NCBI GenBank assembly: GCA_002633005.1
Contig: NMRA01000104.1
Location: forward strand, 804,841-868,840
Origin: Phoronis australis
Taxonomy: Eukaryota > Animalia > Phoronida
Direction of reading: 5' to 3'
DNA length: 64,000 nucleotides
Shown: one piece after another, positions 59,876 to 64,000 of the stretch
How positions within the stretch are numbered: the first letter of the stretch is position 1
How the letters are laid out: each line of letters begins with the position of its first letter
Notes under the pieces: model-generated
What the model saw: only the letters and a program-made list of their open reading frames with translations
Told to the model about the DNA's origin: nothing
Databases searched by the model: none
Made by a program: the position numbers and the translations under genes

Positions 59876-62620
59876 GGTACAAAGCTGTATACTAAATATG
59901 ACTACAATCTTCATATTGCAAGCTGGCTGGCTAGGGCCAGCACTAACTCAAAGCCTAGGCTTCAAATAAAGGCAGCCGTAGTGGGGGAATTTCACCGCTG
60001 TTTTGTTGTTGAATTCTAAACCAAAGCGTTTTGAGTATTCTATGCAGGAAGCATGTCAAATTGTAACAGATGCAGTTACTTGTTGTTCTCCATGCTTGTG
60101 TTACTTACGAACTATTGTATAAATGACATACAGGACACGATGCGTGGTACTCGACGAACACCGATCAACCTTATCCGCTTCGAAACATACGCAAGCGTAC
60201 CCTGGTGGCCAAGTACAAAATCATACAGAAGTAAGGAAGAGATCAGCTCCTGGGTAGAGCGACGACTGTGTCCAGTTCTGTAGCAGTGGCGGATTTAGAG
60301 GGGCCCAAGGGGGCCATGCCCCCCTAAAATCCTCCCATATTAAATTTGGTAATTCGGGGTGTAAGTGTCTGACGGCCAAATTCCTGGCTAATACTCTGCC
60401 CCGCCCCCCAACTCAAAATCCTGGATCCGCCCCTGGTCAAGGTTTTGCAGCACTAGCTGCACCAAAGAACAGACATTACGTGGTACGTTTTGTTTGAGTA
60501 GACTTGAGTACATGCGGCCGAAGTTTATAAAGTGATTAACTCGAACCAGTCTTCAGTCTATCGTCGCACCGAAAGCTACTTAACACCGGTCAGCGATAAC
60601 CTGTGTCTGCCCATCCACGGAGTAGGCGTGTTCATTATAAATTTGCAAACATATGCGTGCCGACTAAGCACGTTTTATGAATAAAACGGATAAAAAGACT
60701 AATGTAGACGGCACACCCATATTAAAACCGCAAATGATTTCTTGTTTTTTCATTTCATTCTTTTATTCATATCACGACTACAGTGCAATGAACGTATTAC
60801 TAACGTTTTTCATAAGCTCATTCATTCACACATTCCGATGAGAAAACCAACTAGTTTCCTATCTTAAGAGTGCAGTGCACCTCAGACCAGACAAAAAGCC
60901 ATAAATGAGTGATACATCCTATGTCACGGATTTGAATCATAGGCTATGCGTTGCAGTTTACTTTCTTATGTTATATTACTAAAATGTAGTTTAAACAATA
61001 CCTACTCTGATAAATAGTTTAAAAGTCGGGCACATCAGTTTTCGCTCAAAATCAGTGTCAAATTTTAACATGAAATCTCATTTTTTGTGGTATTGTAAAA
61101 ATTATAGAAGCTACTGGAAGTAAAATAGTTTGTGTTATGGATTAACTCATCCATGGTCACATTAATAATAATAAATAGAAATTGGAAATATTGCCTGAAA
61201 TTTCTAAGGATAACGGGGTCAAAGAAGCAAAAACACAGAAAACTGATAACAATTCTTTACCCCGTTGTGAACAACAATTTCTGGGAATAGCATTTCAAGC
61301 ATTTTTTCGTGACGATCCTTGAAAAGAACGCAAACTGAAACGCGACTATTGTAATGTCAGTTGAATTGAACGCAATCAACCTTGAGTAGTACAAGAGAAG
61401 GTCTGTATACATATGTATTTCTCGGATAACGATTCCTTACCCTGCATTGAGAACAACAACTCCGAGGAACAGTTTTCAAGCATTTTTTCTTGACGATTCT
61501 TGGAAAGAGTGTAATCTGAAACGCGACTGTTGTGATGTCGGTTGAATTAAATGTAACCAACCTTGCATGTATTTATCTGATGACGATTCTTTGCTCTGCA
61601 TTGAGAACAACAATGCGATGCATAGTTTTCCATGCATTTTTTCATGACGATTCCTGGAAAGAACGCAAACTGACACGCTTCGGCACTCAGTAACAGTAGC
61701 ATAGAATATGCATTTGAAAACTACACGTGTTAGATATTGTCACTCAACAGATGTTTGTTTGCATTATATATAAATTTTATTCGCCATTGTCACGGAAGTA
61801 AGAAAGTACGTGATCTAGTTTTTGAAATCAGGCACATTCTCGTGTCTCTCATTAATGTCGGGAACTAAGGCAAAGAATTCTAGATCACGCATCCACGGGT
61901 ATTTGTCCAGCCTCAGTATAAAACTTTTTCACGCCGGTGTTGCAGCCCTCAACACAACACTTAATACTTCGTTAGCATAGGTTGAACTAATACAGTAATG
62001 CCACCCAGAAAAACTTGAAGAATCAGACAACAACAAATAACATATGAAAGTCCAGTGGCTCGAAAACGAGGCAGCAAATGTGCCTGACGAATGTTTACGG
62101 CATTGTGGGTAAATACAACTAGATTCGAGTGTCGTTGTGTAATCCGGGACTGCCCTATTGCCAAGAACCGCAAGTAAATAGTACTAACTGTATGTTTTAA
62201 TTCTACTAGTTATATGCTTCGACCGTACAGTTAATAGCGGAAAGCGATTGAGAAACAATTCTAATAAACTTCAGCACTTAAGTAAATAACCCCGGCATGA
62301 ATCCTGAAGGTTACTGGAGTGACTCCAACACTGACTTATTCAGTTCTGACAGTGGCGTTATTTTGAACTCGGGAGACGATGTGTGCGTTAAGATATTGTC
62401 CTTCGTTATTCGTAGGATTCACAAAGTCTTGTAGGTGATACTCAAACATTATACTAAGACCGTAAGTTATTTTTAGAAATGCCATTGCTTGAAAGAACGC
62501 TTGTTAGCTGTCCCGCCGGTTTTCGGAGGTAGCGCAGCTTAGAAAACTTTAAAAAAGTCACTCAGCTACTTTGAAATTTGTACAGACATCTTAGCCGAGT
62601 ACAGAGATTTTATCGCTTAC

Positions 62621-62760
62621 TTCTCTCCGAGCCAGTTCTAAATGTCGTCTGCTGGCATTTTCCTCCTCGATAATTCTACGTTTCAAACACTCACTGACGC
62701 CTTGCTATGCGAGGCTACCTAATTTTATAAGCACTTCCTTGTGATGGTCACGTGATACAT
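62621..62760 (-). promoter_or_regulatory. Probable non-coding first exon and proximal promoter of SLC25A19
   Basis: Minus-strand donor GTAAGC at 62620; acceptor ttttcag upstream of the ATG exon (~55968 and ~59630); nearby CACTTCC (ETS-like) and GTCACGTG (E-box) motifs. Confidence 0.45.
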
Positions 62761-63140
62761 TTTCCAATTCCCACTATAAAAAGGTTTATTTCGATGCTCC
62801 GAAACTGTTATCCGTTCCTAACTACGTCAAAAATCCACAGAAGTTTGGGGGGTTACAGTGGTCAATTTTCTGAGTTGAAAGTTGTTCGTCTTTTGTTAGC
62901 CATCCCGAATCCATCTCAATATTTCATTAAGATATCCGAAAATTAGATGCCCTTTTTTGACAGTTATATAGGATTCAATCTTTATTGAAAATTATGGACC
63001 TTGAGGATGATGACGACACATGGTCTTTCTTCAATAGTCATTCGAGACATTAAATTTTTTGGTCAACTTGCCTATCTATTTGCCTCAAAATTCTTAATTT
63101 AACATGCTTTTTGTCAACAAAATAACATTACCCTTACCTT

Positions 63141-63294
63141 CATGGGCGGCGCACCATAGGGGATAGGGGGCTGTGGGGCTATAGCCCCACTTCTTCAGTG
63201 CTAGGTCGCACATGATCTATAGGCCGGGCGGTGCACCACAGGGGGGGTGAGGGGGCTTTAGCCCCCTACTTTTTTCAGTGCTGCGCCGCCCATG
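63141..63294. mobile_element. MITE with 13-bp TIR and 5-bp TSD
   Basis: CATGGGCGGCGCA / TGCGCCGCCCATG; ACCTT on both flanks (63136-63140, 63295-63299). Confidence 0.8.
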
Positions 63295-64000
63295 ACCTTG
63301 CTGGTTAAGTTGAAACAGGTTGAAAACTAAATTTATGACTTCTTCTGAACATCAAAGACGGTCCAGGTATTTTTAATTACTGAAATGTACTCATTAGGTA
63401 TATAGCAGTGTGATTTTAGTATTGAGCTTATTTTACTCCAATTATGATCTATTTTTCCTCGTTTCATTGGTTCAATGTGACCAACAGTGTTTAAAATAAT
63501 GTGCTTGTTTTAATGCCCGATGCAATGTTTTTGCTGATAAATGGCGCATTGTACTCGAAAAAATTTTTTCCGGCCAAATTCATTGGCAACTTGGCAAAAT
63601 GTGCAACTATAAACGCGGAACCTTGAAGAGTACACCTGTGAATGAGGTGGAAAACACCTATTTGCGGGGTAAAAATGCTCACCCTACAGCCCAAGCCCAC
63701 TGCACCTACCCGAGCTAGCCTGTCAGCAACCCCGAGTAGCGGCAGCATATATGAGGCACCTGCCTACCGCCTCGGCGGCGGGACCTCTCTGTGCGTTTAG
63801 TTTTCCCAGAGGTAGAACATAAGGGAGAAAACAAAAAACACACCTCCTCTATCCACATGTCATCCTGGTAACTCTATTGTCATTGAGTAATTGTTGTGTT
63901 TGCACTAGAGGCCAACTAACAGGTCTTAAAGAGGAAATTTCACCTCATTGCAAAGTGTTGTAACGTCATAAATTTTTTTTATTCTCGTGTGGCAGGAAAG

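Larger units (their letters stand above)
55210..62610. repeat. ~3.7-kb tandem duplication (55210-58874 and 58876-62610) joined at an N; probable uncollapsed haplotypes
   Basis: Colinear near-identical blocks with scattered substitutions and indels; junction base 58875 is n. Confidence 0.9.

Noticed and set aside
56324-60283. Paired 76-aa ORFs at 56324..56554 and 60053..60283
   Set aside because: Recur only because of the duplication; no recognisable domain; antisense within the SLC25A19 5' intron

Overview
Eukaryotic (animal, probably marine invertebrate) genomic DNA with GT-AG introns. No rRNA, intact tRNA or CRISPR was seen. Five genes are supported. (1) Minus strand, 21435 to beyond position 1: a giant secreted-type protein with at least 15 phase-consistent exons and at least ~1,968 codons. 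It combines Gly-rich 'SxGGRGG/GSGGG/GGGSGGSI' modules, an inserted F5/8 type C (discoidin) domain and a run of ~100-aa beta-rich repeats suggesting a beta-solenoid. (2) A single-exon ankyrin-repeat CDS (35864-37066, -). (3) A single-exon class A GPCR lacking the aminergic Asp3.32 (43890-44930, -). (4) A single-exon secreted mosaic of an F-type-lectin-like domain, an Ig domain and 3 Sushi/CCP domains (47944-49644, +). (5) The mitochondrial thiamine pyrophosphate carrier SLC25A19 (51757-55917, -). Its 5' part appears twice in a ~3.7-kb tandem duplication joined exactly at an N, most likely two haplotypes assembled in tandem. Non-coding DNA holds MITEs with 8-bp and 5-bp target-site duplications, a Helentron-type non-autonomous element carrying a phased array of CTCF-consensus-like motifs, decayed LINE fragments, a near-perfect 270-bp-arm palindrome, a fold-back element and minisatellites. 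All calls are by eye; no searches were run.
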